Positions 11,601 through 26,600 of a DNA stretch of 64,000 nucleotides are shown here, one piece after another. Position numbers and translations under genes: made by a program. The DNA comes from Heptranchias perlo (Eukaryota): assembly GCF_035084215.1 (NCBI RefSeq), contig NC_090346.1, forward strand, positions 38,626,001 through 38,690,000, written 5' to 3'. Each line of letters starts with the position of its first letter. The stretch's first letter is position 1. The notes under the pieces are model-generated. The model had not been told where the DNA came from, made no database searches, and saw only the letters and a list, made by a program, of their open reading frames with translations.

Positions 11601-14600
11601 GTTTTTGGTTGGCTTGTGGCACAGCCATGTAGTATTCCAGTCCGCCATATAGTGAAATCCGATTCCATTCTACGGGCATGAATAGTAACTTTGTCTAACC
11701 AAAATCAAGTACAAAAGTCACCTTCAAGCCTGTGTTCGTGCAATGGTGCAAGCAATCCTTTGCAGCTTATTGCAAAAGTCGCTGCACTAACTTGCGTACC
11801 AGTTTTCCATGTTTCATAAGTGTTTCAAACTTAACTTAAAACTGTTCACAAGTTTCTACAAAGAGTAACTGTCCCACAAACTTCACTGGTGAGGCAGTCT
11901 CTCATTCACTTATGGGTGTTTGAATTATAGATGTTTTAAACTTAAAAAAATATATAATTAACCACCGTCACAAGCGAGAACCCATTATTTGTAAGTGTAG
12001 GCATAAAGACAACCAAATAGTGTTATTAAATACATCTCAACAGGAATGACTTGTGCACTGCACTAAAATTTCCAGTTTTCAAAAAGACATGTAGTTGTAG
12101 ATTCCACTATTCATCTCAAAGATTGATCTCTAGCATCAGTGCTTAAAGTAAAAAGTGAGGTTTTGCTAGTGGTAATGACAGATTCTCAGCCAAACAACTC
12201 TCCTCAAACTTGTTCAGCTCTACAGCACCAAAGGAGGTTCTCACAGTCTGCACTGTAGCACTATGGGGATCACTCTACTTGCTGTGCTAATTAAAAACCC
12301 AAGTAGATCACAGTTGAAATAATTTTATAAAATAGCCATAAACAATATAACATTGACTGTGCCTATCAATGATGCAGGTCCATTAACTCAAATATTACAG
12401 ATCATTTTGAAACATTGTTGTCCAATACCATAACTTCTATAGGCTGTCCATGAAATAGGTCAGGATAAAGATGTTGCTTACAATCGGACTCACATTTAAA
12501 CTGATACTAATTCCCAGTTTGTTTCCAAAAGCAACATTTGCATCTGGATTTTTGATTGAAAATTACTTTCTTTATACCAATCTGGATTTATTATATTTTA
12601 GACAATGAGAATGTTCTGCCCCTTAACAAATCCCCCAAAAGATTAGAAAGTTAGTTACTTTGGCACTTCTGGTCCAAAAAAGCACTTGCCAAAGGTCCCT
12701 GACTCAGGATGTAAAGCAAAACTTCTTGTGATTGGCTGGCTATTTTAGCCAATGTGAATCCTTCTGCTACAGAAGCCATGAAACTGCCCAGGATCATATT
12801 TACAATCAGCATCATCTTCGAGGCATTGCCAACCTCACCTGAAAAGGAAAACCAATACATTTTAGCTTGTCCATTCATGCGCTCCACTTGTCCTGAAAGC
12901 AGTACTTGCATTTAAAATTAATTTTATACAACATGCTGAGATTGTCAGATTGCCCTCGCCACCCCCAATTTGGTATGCAAATTAGGCACTAACAAGATGA
13001 GAAGTGTCATTTTAGAAAAGAAATCTCCCCATTAGGATTGTCAAAAAACAACAAAATTTATTATGTAAAAATCAACCTGAAGAAAAATATTTTAAATTAA
13101 ACACCAAATGCTGGTATCGGTTGGTATTGCATGGAAAAAGCTGACAATGCGTGAGGGCTGAACATCAGTCGATAGTCATTAAGGCATGATGCTTCACTGA
13201 TCAGGTCAATTCACGTGTGCAAATCATCTCCTCTGGGGTAAACATCATGCTCAGTAGATTTTTTTTAAAGCCGGTTCCATTAGTAAGTTTAACAGCAGTA
13301 TTAAAAAAGAAAGCAAAAATCAAAAAGGAAGACCAGGTTGATTACTGTTCTGAACAGATTTTTAAGTGGAGTAAGTGAGACCCTTCACGTAATGTTCTGT
13401 ACAAAAAACAACAAATTACCAAGTTCTATAGAATGACATTTGGTTAGCTAATAAGTTTCAAATACATTTAATTGATTGTGTAAACTGTTACTTTGGTTCG
13501 ATGTTCAATCAATTTACTTCAAAAAAAACTTTAGAAATGTTGAGCTCTACAGAACTATAAGCAATTCTATCAAAGCAATTCAAAAAATATTTTAAAAAGG
13601 AGAAATAATGTGAGGATTCTGTAAGCACAGACCTACCCAAATAGAAAGACTTCTTCCCCATGGCCTGAAAACAGCTGCTACAATCATCAAACAAAGCCTT
13701 ATCTCCAGCTGCAAGGATCACCAGCCTTCCATTTTCCGATAGCTGCCGATTCCCTGAGACTGGTGCTTCTAGAAAGCGCCCCCCTCTGGAAGTGATCACC
13801 TATGCAACAGAGTAACCATCACAGATCAGTCCTGGCTACTATGGAGTCTGTCAGTTGAAAGAGAGCACTCCAGATAAGGCCCACCAACCGTATATCTTAA
13901 CCAAGCACCAGACACACAACTGGAATCAGAACTGGGATGTGGCATTAAATGAAGCATCAGTTGAAGCATTAGATCACTACTCTGAAAACTGCGTCAGGAA
14001 GATTTGAAACCATCACTAATAATGAGGTCTAAAGCACCTGTGCTGTTAATTGTAGGCTTTGTATCAATTGGGGTTAATTGTATTCAGGTGGTGGGTATTG
14101 ACTGGGGACTCTGATTCTTTTTATCGGAGAGCTTAGCTAGGGTGTGGTGTGTGCGCAAGAGGGAACTCTGAATAAAGGCTTGGAAGCAACTAAAGACCAG
14201 GCTCTAGTATCCTTTCCTTCACCACATGGCTATCCAGTTTTAACCAGTGCAATGACATTTTTAAACCACAATTGTTCCAGCATCCATTCCATTTTGTGCC
14301 AAAATCAATCCCACCAATGTGCCAATTATACCAACTTAGAATTAAATAGTCTTAACATATTAAAAATTGTGACGTAAAAACTCATGCATATTCTCCCTTT
14401 CTCTCAAGTCACAGAATCTTCCAAGGATATGGATGCCAGCAGTACTTTGGTACATTTTTCACATGTAAATATGAAAGGGCTATCTGATCTTGGGAAGCAT
14501 CGTATCCTGTCAATCCCATCTTCAAGCAATGCCCACACCATGCACTTTCCAGGAAGGGTCACTGATAATGATCAGGAGTGGCAACCTTAGTTGGAGCAGC

Positions 14601-17600
14601 AGTGCAAAAGGGACAGTAGACCTCAGTCTCCTTGTGCTTGGAAGGGCAGAAGTTAGCTGAGATCAGCTAATTCAGCACACAACAGGATCAAACCTGGAAC
14701 ATTCTCCATTGGAATGGCTCAGCATCACACCACATGATACATTTGCTTATTGAGCCACTGGGCAAGTCAGCTTCCTGCATTTTCTATACAATGCTTTGTT
14801 GCAAGTACTATGTTAAAAGGAGAGATTGAACGAACAATAATTTAAGAAATACGTTCAGACCAGAATTAGGGAACAGGAAGATAAGGATTATCTGAGAAAA
14901 TAGAAAGACAAAGAAATTCACGAGCGACCAAAGAATACTAAAAAAAACATAGGCAATATCAGTGAAGTAATTAGGAGGGACTGAAAGTTCTAGAAGGGCA
15001 GAATGGAAACTAAATGCAAGGAAAATAAAGATGGATAACTGAAGCAAAATGTTAGAGGAACACAACAGGACAGATCATTGAAACAAAGCCGCAGCAAGAG
15101 TCTACATTTCAAAATGAGGTCAACTATTGCTGATCTACAGGGCTTGCCACTTAATTCAACCAACCCACCACATTAATAGGGAAACCTAGATTTGGGACCA
15201 GTGGAGTAAGTCATTTTCAACACCGCTATGCAACTTCCAGATCATGAAAAAGTTCTAATTTCTAGAAGTTGCTTTGAATTACATACTAACTCATTTTCTT
15301 CAAAATTGTAGAATGTCTATATTTTCATTAGTGCTTCTACTCCCTATCTAGTTGGTCTGCGATGCATGAAATATCTGGAGTATGCAGATATACAGTTCAT
15401 ACTGGCTGAATTGAAAAATGGTACAAACCCAATCTATAAAGACATGAAAGAGTAAATCTTAGTCTGTGAAAATCTGCTCATCTTATTACCTGCGAGATTT
15501 CTGTGGATGTCTCAGGATCCACTGTAGACATGTCAACGTAACATTTGCCTGGTCGAATCCCTTGCAACACCCCACTGGGACCCAGCACCAGCTGAAAGTA
15601 CAAATAAAAAACTTACTGCAATTGTTCAGATTATTAGGTTTTTTTTGTTGATGTTAAACTATAGGAATCATGTTGCGATATTAATATCAACATTCCTCCC
15701 CATAAAAGTAAACAGCATTCAATTTTTTTCTTCAAGGTAGCTATCATCATTATGGTTCTTTGCTGCGTAGCCCATCAGGTTAAGAAACATTAAGTTTACT
15801 TACATCTTTAGCTGCCTTTGGGTCAGAAATGCAAGAAAGTGTGATATCACATGTAGAAACCACCTCTGCTGGTGTTCGTCCTAAACGTGCCCCTTCCTGG
15901 AGAAAAGGCTCGCACTGCCACAAAATGGAGACACATTTGATAAATTTTCATTTCAAAAAGCAAATAATTCAGATTCATTTTAAAAAGGCCCCTCCACAAC
16001 ATACTGGTGGCCTAAAGTGCTGTGCCACAGAGCTACTAGGATGTGGCTTGATAAATTTCTGATTTCAGCCATACTGCCACTGGAAGCAGCCAGACTTATT
16101 GACCAGGAATGATATATGGACATGAAACATCCTGGGAGGTGGGGAGGCAAAGAATGAAAAGGCTTCCACACAAGCAGTATTGAAAGAGAAAAAGACATTT
16201 GATTTACCTGGTGCTTCACATCCAATGAATCACTTTTGGGGTTCAGTCACTGTTATGTAGGCAACAATAGCAGAGTTTCTCTGGTTGTTAGGACCTTGTG
16301 CACTTTAGTTCAAACTTGCAAGGCATGTTCATACACAGTAAAGGAAAGGGCTTGTATATATATATAAAAATCTTTCAGCCAATTAGGTACTTTTTTTTTG
16401 TGTGGTTAGTCATAATGTAGGGAAACACGGCAGACACTTTATACACAGCAAGGTCCCACAAATGAGATACATGACCAAATCATCTGTTTTTCAGTGATGT
16501 TGGTTGAGGGATAAATACTGGCCAGGACCCGGAGAATTCCCCTGTTCTCCCTCAAATAGTGCCATGGGATCTTTTATGTCCACCTGAGGGGGCAGATGGG
16601 TCTTGGTTTAATGTCTCACCCAAAAGACGGCACCTCCGACAGTGCACTGAAGTGTCAGCCTGGATTATGTGCTCAAATTGCTGGAGTGGGGCTGACTCAG
16701 AGGCAAGAGTGCTGCCACTGAGCCAAGGCAGACACAGTAACAACTGAGCAAATGGGCCCAAAAGGCTACACAGATCAGTAGTTTAAAAAAGGCAAACCTT
16801 ATCTCCTGTGCGATTCCACACTGTAACAGTGTGCCCCATTTTCAAGAGGTTTGCAACAATTCCACTTCCCATTAAGCCCAGACCAAGGAAGCCTATCCTG
16901 TAAAACAGCAATAAAAATTGTTTTATTCCCCAAAAATTAATATCCATCCAGGTTACACGTGTCTTGTATTTAAAATCCAATGCTGATATAGCAATCGTAC
17001 TGGAAATGCAATGTAAACGTATTTCACGAAGTAGTTCAGAGGGCTGGCAACTTTTATTAAACAAATGTTTAAAATGTAAATGTATATAAATGTCATTATT
17101 TAAAAGGCAGAAGTGAACATGAACTATCAAAGAATTCACCTGGAAGCTTGAGGGAGCCTCACCATCAGAATAACTTCTACAAGCCAAACCATCATGAAGA
17201 ACTTACTTTAACTTTAGCAGCCTTTTCTGTTCATTTGCAAACTTTTTTGATTTAAATAATATGGCATTGTGTATCTTTGGGGGGGTGGGGGGGGGGGGGG
17301 TGGGGAGGAGAAAGAAGAAAGAAGGCAATAACTGTCTGGGTTACAGAGCCCAGAGGCATCTAAGCTATCACTAGATAGTCATGAACCCTGGGTGTTTAAA
17401 TTTATCAAATCATTTCAACCAAATGTTAATTCAGTACCTCTTTCCAGTTAATTTCCCTGGTATCAGATCAGTTTACACAAATATTCAGATAAATAGACAA
17501 GGATCATAATTTGATTTATAGCTGAACACCAATGAAGCTTCCTCCTATAGGTTTATTCAACGTTTACCAGCTTCACATAATTTCTATTAGTACTACTTGT

Positions 17601-20600
17601 TAATTGTATTGATTACTGAAGTACATGAAGAACTACAATTTCAAGTGGAGAAATTGCTTTTCCTGAATTAGTTATAAATTACACAGAAAAGAGTCAAATA
17701 TACAGGGTTCTATATATATATCCTCTGAATACCCACTTAAAGAGTGAAGTTACTCTCTGCATTACAACCAATATATGTGCTAAATGTACATTATGTAGTA
17801 AACTAATTCATTGGCATTAACTAAGCATTTGTGTATTTTACCCACACTCCCAAAAATCCCTCCTAGGACTACACCAGGTTGACAGAGCTAGTGTTTAACA
17901 AGCTATTAAGCTGGAAAAGTTTAACAGCAATTAAAAGTGAACTTGCAAATTTACTCATGTTTCCCAGGTAGGAACAGAAGTAGGCCATTCTGTCCCTCAA
18001 GCGTGTTCCACCATGGCTGATCTGTACCTCAACTCTTCACCCACCTTTGCTCATATCCCTTGATACCCTTACCAAACAAAAATCTATCGACCTGTCTTGA
18101 AAATTTCAATTGACTCAGCATCCACAGTCCTTTGGAGAGTGATCTAGATTTCCACTACCTTGTGTGAAAAAGTGCTTCCTTATTTTACTCCTAAATGAGT
18201 TAGCTCTAATTTTATTATGCCCCCTTGTTCTGGATTCCCCCACCAAAGGAAATAGGCTAGATCAAATAAATCCCCATATCATTTTCAATACCTCAATTAG
18301 ATCACCCCTCCATCTTATAAACTCAAGGGAATAGAAAGTTAATAAAACCTGCTCTCATAACTTAACACTTTAAGCCCCAATATCAATCTGGTGAATTATT
18401 TACTGTACCCCCTCCAAGGCCGATATATCTTTCCTGAGATTCGGTGCCCAAAACTGAACCCAATACTCTAGATGGGGTCTGACCAAGGCTTTACAAATGA
18501 ATCATCAATTCTTCACCTTGATATTCCAATCCCCCTGAGATAAAGGCTTTTTGATTACTTTTTATACCTTTGCACCAGCTTCAGTGATCTCTACACAGAC
18601 ACTTAAATCCCTTTGCTCCTCCACAGCTGCTAGACCCTCAACATTAAAGAAAATATTCCGATTTGTTTTTCTCATCGCTAAAGTGGATGATCTCACATTA
18701 AACTCCATCTGCCATAGTTTTGCCCACTCACTTAGTCAGTCCATGTCCCTGTGTAACTTTCTGCTCCCATCTGCACAACTTACTGTGCCTCCTAACTTAG
18801 TGTCATCTGTAAGCATGGATACACAACTCTTGATTCCTTCATCCAAGTCATTAATATATACATGAAAAGCTGAGATCCCAGTATAGATCCCTGAAAATGC
18901 TGCTCAACACATCCGCCAATAAGAAAACGTTGCCTTATCCTGTCTCCTACCTCCCAACCAATTACCAACCCATGTTACAAAGTTACTTTCAATTCCATGA
19001 GCTCTCATTTTTGCTATTAATCTCACGTTCTAGAAGTCCATCTAGACAAGATCCATAGACACGCCCCTATTCACCATGCTAGCGACAGCCTCAAATTCAA
19101 CTAGATTAGTCAGACATTGCCTATCCTTCACAAATCCATGCTGACTTGCTTTGATCAGCTCATACTTGTCCAAATTCTCAGTCACACTTTCATTTTTCAT
19201 AATAGATTCCAGTTAGTTCTCCACAATTGATGTTAAACCGACGGATCTATAATTGCCAGGTTTCTCCCTCCTTCCCTTCGTAAAGTGACATTTATCCAAA
19301 TCCAAAAAGGCACAATTTCTGAATCTGGAGAGCTCTGGAAAATTATGACTAATGCATCTGTAATTTCCTCACCTATTTCTTCATAGTCTGGGGTGGCAAC
19401 TAACAGGTCCTAGAGTTCTGTCCATCTTAAGTCCCATTATTTTCTCTCTTACTTTTTGAAAAAAAACATTAAATCCACTAAGTTCTTCCCTTTGACTTAT
19501 AGTTAGGTTCCCCGGTACTGCTGGTATTTTGTCCTCTTCCCCTACTGTGAAGAGATACAAAGCACTCTTAACAAGTCTGACATTTCCTTATTGTCCACTA
19601 TAGCCTCACCTGCACTTGTCTTTAATGGGCCCTCATTCCCATTTACCACTCTCTCTCCTAATATGTTAAAGACTTTTGCTGTTAGCTTTGATATCCCTTG
19701 CATTTTTTTTTAAAAACATAGTCCCTTTTTGCACCTCTTACTAGCCCACATCAGATTAATGAAGCCCATTATAAAAGGTGACATCAAGGTAGCAGATACA
19801 GCGAATGGAAGTCCACCTTGGACCAGAGAAGGAAAGTGTAAAACTTGACTCAATTGTCGGTCTATACATCAACATGGGTGCATTAGCAAGTCTCAGTTTG
19901 TTGGACATGTTCAAAGAAGATGAACAGCAGAGACAGCATGGACTCGATGGTCCGAATGGCCTCCTTCCTTGCTGTGACCTTTCTATGATTCTAAAAGCCA
20001 TGGAAATCTGAGGCCAAAGAGGTATAACCATCAATATCCATTGGTACCCCAGACAACATGCCGACTGCCTGACATAACAATTTCAACCTCATTCAGGCAA
20101 CATATGAACTGTATCAATCACCTGGAACCAGACTTGCAACCAAGAAACAACATCAGTACTGCACTGTCAGTGATTTTAAACATGACAATGGCACTCAATT
20201 TTTCCATTTGAACCATAGGTATTTGCTGGATGCTTGGCAAAGAGAAGTTTGCAAGTTCACCATTGCATAACCCAGGTCAGATTTCCTGTTTTGACATACT
20301 GTGAATATATAGAATCATAGAAAGGTTATAGCACGGAAGGAGGCCATTTGGCCCATTGAGTCTGCACTGGCTCAATGCAAGAGCAATCCAGCTAGTCCCA
20401 CTCCCCCGCCCTATCCCTGTAGCCCTGCAAATTTTTTCCTTTCAAGTACTTATCCATTTCCCTTTTGAAAGCCATGATTGAATCTGCCTCCACCACCCCC
20501 TCAGGCAGTGCATTCCAGATCCTAACCACTCGCTGTGTAAAAAAGTTTTTCCTCATGTCACCTTTGATTCTTTTGCCAATCACCTTAAATCTATGTCCTC

Positions 20601-23600
20601 TGGTTCTTGACCCTTCCGCCAACAGGAACAGTTTCTCTCTATCTAGACCCTTCATGATTTTGAATACCTATCAAATCTCCTCGCAACCATCTCTGTTCCA
20701 AGCAGAACCACCCCAACTTCTCCAGTCTATCCACATAACTAAGTCCCTCATCCCTGGAATCATTCTAGTAAATCTCTTCTGCACCCTCTCTAAAGCCTTC
20801 ACATCTTTCCTGAAGTGCGATGCCCAGAACTGGACACAATACTCCAGTTGTGGCCGAACCAGTGTTTTATAAAGGTTCTTCACGACTTCCATACTTTTGT
20901 ACTCTATGCCTCTATTTATAAAGCCCAGGATTCTGTATGCTTTTTTAGCCGCTTTCTCAACCTGCCGTGCCACCTTCAATGTGCACATATACCCCCAGAT
21001 CTCTGTGTTCCTGTACCCCTTTTAGAATTGTGCCCTCTAGTTTATATTGCCTCTCCTCGTTCTTCCTACCGAAATGTATCACTTCACATTTCTCGGCGTT
21101 AAATTTCACCTGCCACGTGTCCGCCCATGCCACCAGCCTGTCTGTATCCTCTTGAAGTCTATCACTATCCTCCTCACTGTTTACTATCCTTCCAAGCTTT
21201 GTGTCATCTGCAAATTTTGAAATTGTGCCCTGTACATCTAAGTCATTAACATATATCAAGAAAAGCAGTGGTCCCAGCACCAACCCCTGGGGAACACCAT
21301 TGTACACCTCCCTCCAGTTCGAAAAACAACCAACCATTCATCACTACTCTCTGTTTCCTGTCACTTAGCCAATTCTGTATCCATGTTGCTACTGCCCCCT
21401 TTATTCCAGGGGCTGCAATCTTGATGATAAGCCTATCATGCGGCACTTTATCAAATGCCTTTTGAAAGTCCACATACACCACCTCAACTGCATTGCCCTC
21501 ATCTACCCTCTCTGTTACCTCATCAAAAAAGTCTATCAGGTTAGTTTAACACGATTTGCCTTTAACAAATCCATGCTGGCTTTCCCTAATCAATCCACGC
21601 TCGGCCAAGTGACTGTTAATTCTGTCCCAGATTATTGTTTCTAAAAGTTTCCCCACCACTGAGGTTAAACTGACTGGCTTATAGTTGCTGGTTTATCCTT
21701 ACACCCTTTTTTGAACAAGGGTGTAACATTCGCAATTCTCCCGTATTTATATGATTTATTAAAATCAATGCTGGCATGTAGTAGCAACAGGAGAGTTCAA
21801 CAGACTTTATCAAAAGATCTACCATTCTTAGTAAGTAGGGCACCATTGACCTCACTTATATGGCCTTTCAAGCACCTAAACGACATGTCAAGGTGTTTAA
21901 CAAAACAAAACACCGCACTATAAATGTCCAAATAGTCTGTAACCACAACCACTTTATTATGCATGTAAATGCATTATTTCCAAGCATGTCCACAATGCCA
22001 ATTAACTCAATGGATTCACAAGTTCCCCACTTATTCCATTGTATAGACGTCATTGGCTTCTCTGAGGTATAGGTTAGCTGCTGAAAACGTGGCTTAAGCC
22101 ACAACTGTCCAAACACATTTTTGTACAGGATCCTTGCAACCAGGAGAAAGGGAAATTTTCATCCCATCCCATTATTCTGAGCTGAATTTGAACCCATAGG
22201 TTGCTAATCTGACCAGTCTGCCAATGCTGAAGGGGTTGTTTGATTGATGGGCTGAAAACAGATTACTCAACCAAGCAGTTGAATATTGACCTGTTTATTT
22301 ATAAAAACCAACCACTGTATGATATCACTGTTTTTATGCTCTCTTTTTTTTTATTCGTTCACGGGATGTGGGCGTCGCTGGCAAGGCCGGCATTTATTGC
22401 CCATCCCTAATTGCCCTCGAGAAGGTGGTGGTGAGCCGCCTTCTTGAACCGCTGCAGTCCGTGTTAGAAGTCCAGTGATTATGCAGTACCAGTGACAGCT
22501 CATTAACTGGTACAACATTTAAAGTGAATGCTGAGGACTGGAATGACCATGTCAGTATGCAAATACATGGTATTTATAATGCAGATTAGTTTCTTTTGGT
22601 ATCGTTTTTCATTAAAACAGATATGGTATGGTGGCTTGATACAACACACTGTGGACATAGGTTCCCTACAATGGCAAGTCCCCATCACTGCCTGGCCAGG
22701 TTTGATGCTTCGCTAATGCAAAAAAGGAAAATTCATTGTGGGATCTTCTAATGCTCAGTCTAGCAGGCAGTAACAACTTTTATTCACTGAAATGTGGGAG
22801 CAGTTTGCTAACCTTTCCCATCAGTCACAGAAAAAATAAAGTCAGATCTTGAAACAAAAGGGGAGGAACATAGAGGAAATCAGAAAGGGTCAACGGCTTT
22901 TGAATCTTAGGATCTGTTAACTTTGAGCAATAATCCGTACCATCCACTTGAATCTGACTAAAGTTTGAATGGCATAAGTGGGCTGCCCTCAATTATTTCA
23001 AAAATGGAAAGGAGGTCAAATACCAGACTGAATGAGCCACCAGATTACCAGTGGCAAAGCCCAACAAATTAAACTATGCTCAGCAGTTGCAAAAGTAAGT
23101 CTTGTGGTCTACCCATACTGTTTAACACATAGAATTGTAATGAAAGCCCTACAGGCTGTAGGTATAAACCCAGGAAACTGAGAAGCTGTCTGCTGTCAAG
23201 ATTTGAGTTAAATGATCACATTGCTAGATGTTTATTACTGATTAATGAAGCATGACACAATAGTAATGACTATCTGTACTCATTTTAAATGGAAAATCAA
23301 TTGTGAGAAGACAGAGAATGTGCCTTCATTTGCAATTACGTAGATTTGTAAAGCTCTCTATAATCATGAGTTAGCTATGTGGCCAGAACACAGATCACAG
23401 GCTGTCAGACTAGTATTTGCACATCTCTTCAAAAACAAACTTCAATTCCTGTATCTCAATAATTTAAGATTTCAGGATTTTATGCTAGGTAAGGTTTGAT
23501 CCTGGGATTGATGCCTGACCCAAATCATTTTAACAAATGATGACGACATTTTGGATTTTAATATTTATTTTCAGGCCCTTACCGTTTGTCTGTGGGAATC

Positions 23601-26600
23601 ACACTGCCATTGGTTGCTGTACTGTCAGCTGCCTGGATGGATGTTGACTCTGCTTCCTGTGATTTAAAACAAAATTAACTCATTAACTTTCACAGGTGAG
23701 GTTTCAACTATAAACCCTTACATATCAGGATTAATTTTGGATGGGGACACACACACACTTTTAGCATTTGCTCATATTGAGCATGCTGTGCAAAATGTTT
23801 CATCACTGCTACTTATACAATTTTACACCCATTTACAGATTCAAAAACTGGTATGAATACTAGACCAGGAACTGTGGCATTTACCTTTCTGTGAAGCCAC
23901 CATCTCATGTATACAAAATGCAGTTCAAATGTTTTGTATTGCCTGCTATTACACTACAGCATGAACTGGATTTGTGATAAATGTGCATACATTAGTTTCA
24001 GTGCCAAAAGGATTATTCCAGTTTGAACCTAGTGCTTAGTTTCCCACTTAAAAAAAATGAACGATTAGTTCTTCTATAAAAGCACTTTGTGGTAATAATC
24101 CATTCTCTTGCAATGCAGCAGAATTGCTAGTCAAATTATTAAAGCAGGTTGCAGACCTAGTTTATTCCAAGAATCAATGAAAAGTCAAAAAAAATCTATT
24201 GTGTATGCAACAAGGTCTCTACTACAGTTACACTATATATTTTTTGTTATTTGTAATTTTTTTGAAAAAAGTGTGTCTGCTCCATTTCCTAGAGGTGCAA
24301 GCAGGACACACGATTCCCAGGCCTCTGTCATGGCCATTTTGAGTTGAGTAGGAAGCACAAAGATTGCCCTTGAAGTGCTTGAATTCTGCTGGATGCATCC
24401 CCATAAAATAGCACAAGTGAGAAGAATTTACCATAGGAATAGACATTTTGCTTTCTTCATGCATCTTAGTATAGTTGAAAGACTCTATTAGGAGGTCATA
24501 CATTAGTGCACAAGGTGCAGTCTAAAAAAATACATTGTAGTCTGAAAGGACTTAAGTTTTCCCCATCTATACAATGAGACAAACTTGTAGGACAGTGAGG
24601 GTATGCTTCAGTTTTTGTAAAGCAAGTGGATATTGGGACTATACAAACACCATTATTGGAAGTATTGAAGACTAAGGAAATTACTCAAACTTAAGGTAGA
24701 CAAATCATCAGGATCTAACGGTTTACATCAGAGGAGCCTGAGAGGTACAGAGGAAGTAACAGAGAACACAAGAAATAGGAGCAGGGGTAGGCCATACGGC
24801 CCCTCGAGCCTGCTCCGCCGTTCAATAAGATCACGGCTGATCATTGACCTCAACTCCACTTTCCCGCCTGATCCCCATATCCCTTGATTCCCTCAGTGTC
24901 CAAAAATCTATCCATCTCAGTCTTGAATATACTCAATGCCTGAGCATCCACAGCCCTCTGGGGTAGAGAATTCCAAAGATTCACAACCCTGAGTGAAGAA
25001 ATTCCTCCTCATCACAGTCTTCAATGGCCGACCCCTTATCCTGAGATATTGTCCCCTAGTTGTAGACTCTCCAGCCAGGGGAAGCAGCCTCTCAACATCT
25101 ATCCTGTCAAGCCCCATAAGAATTTTATACGTTTCAATGTGATCACATCTCATTCTTCTAAACTCCAGAGTATAGGCCCATTCTATTCAATCTCTCCTCA
25201 AAAGGACAACCCTCTCATCGAATGCCTTTTGAAAATCCAAAAATACTACATCCACTGGTTCTGCTTTATCTACTGCTAGTTACAACCTCAAAACTCTAAT
25301 AGATTTGTCAAACACTATTTCCCTTTCATAAAACCATACTGACTCTGTCTAATCATATTATGATTTTCTAAGTGCCCCATTACCACGTCCTTAATAATGG
25401 ACTCCAGCATTTTTCTAACTACTGATGCCAGGCTAACTGACCTGTAGTTCCCTGTTTTCTCTCACCCTCCTTTCTTGAATAGCAGTGTTACATTTGCTAC
25501 CTTCCAAACCACAAGGACCATTCTAGAGTCTAAGGATTTTTTTTAAAAAGATCACAACCAATGCAACCACTATCTCTGCAGTCACCTCTTTTAGAATCCT
25601 AGGATGTAGGTCATCAGGTCCAGGGTATTTCACTGCTTTTAGTCCCATTAATTTCTCCAATACTTTTTCTTTACTAATATTAATTACTTTAAGTTCCTCA
25701 CTCTCATTAGACCCACTATTTCTGGTACGTTTTTAGAGTGAAGACAGATACAAAATATTTGTTTAACATCTCTGCCATTTCCTTATTCCCAATTATAATT
25801 TCTCCTGTCTCTGCCTCTAAGGGATCCACGTATACTTTCACTACTCTCTTCCTTTTTATATACTTGTAGAAGCTCCTACAATATGTTTTTCTACTTCTTG
25901 CTAGTTTCTCTGACAGGATAGATGCTGAGAGGTTGTTTCCCCTGGCTGGAGAGTCTACAACTAGGGGACAGTGTCTCAGGATAAGGGGTCAGCCATTGAA
26001 GACTGAGATGAGGAGGAATTTCTTCACTCAGAGGGTTGTGAATCTTTGGAATTCTCTACCCCAGAGGGCTGTGGATGCTCAGGCATCGAGTATATTCAAG
26101 ACTGAGATGGATAGATTTTTGGACACTGAGGGAATCAAGGGATATGGGGATCAGACGGGAAAGTGGAGTTGAGGTCGAAGATCAGCTATGATCTTATTGA
26201 AGGGCGGAACAGGCTCAAGGGGCTGTATGGCCTATCCCTGCTCCTATTTCTTATTCTATTTTCTCCCTCTATCAACTTTTTGATCATCCTTTGCTGGTTT
26301 CTAAAACCCTCCCAATCCTCAGGCTTACTACAATTCTTGGCAACATTATAAAACTCTTCTTTTAATCTAATACTATCCTTAACTTCTTTAGTTAGCCACG
26401 GATGGATCACTTTTCCCATGGAGTTTTTATTCCTCAACGGAATCATTCGTTGAGAATTATGAAATATTTCTTTAACTATTCGCCAATGCATATCTACCAT
26501 CATATCCTTTAGTCTAATTTCCCGATCAACCATAGCCAACTCGCCCCTCATACCTATGTAATTGGCTATAAGACTCTAGTTTCGGACTTAAGTACGTAAC

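Noticed and set aside
20392-21482. RT-like ORFs as an active or domesticated reverse transcriptase gene
   Set aside because: Split across several frames and 5'-truncated; an ordinary dead CR1
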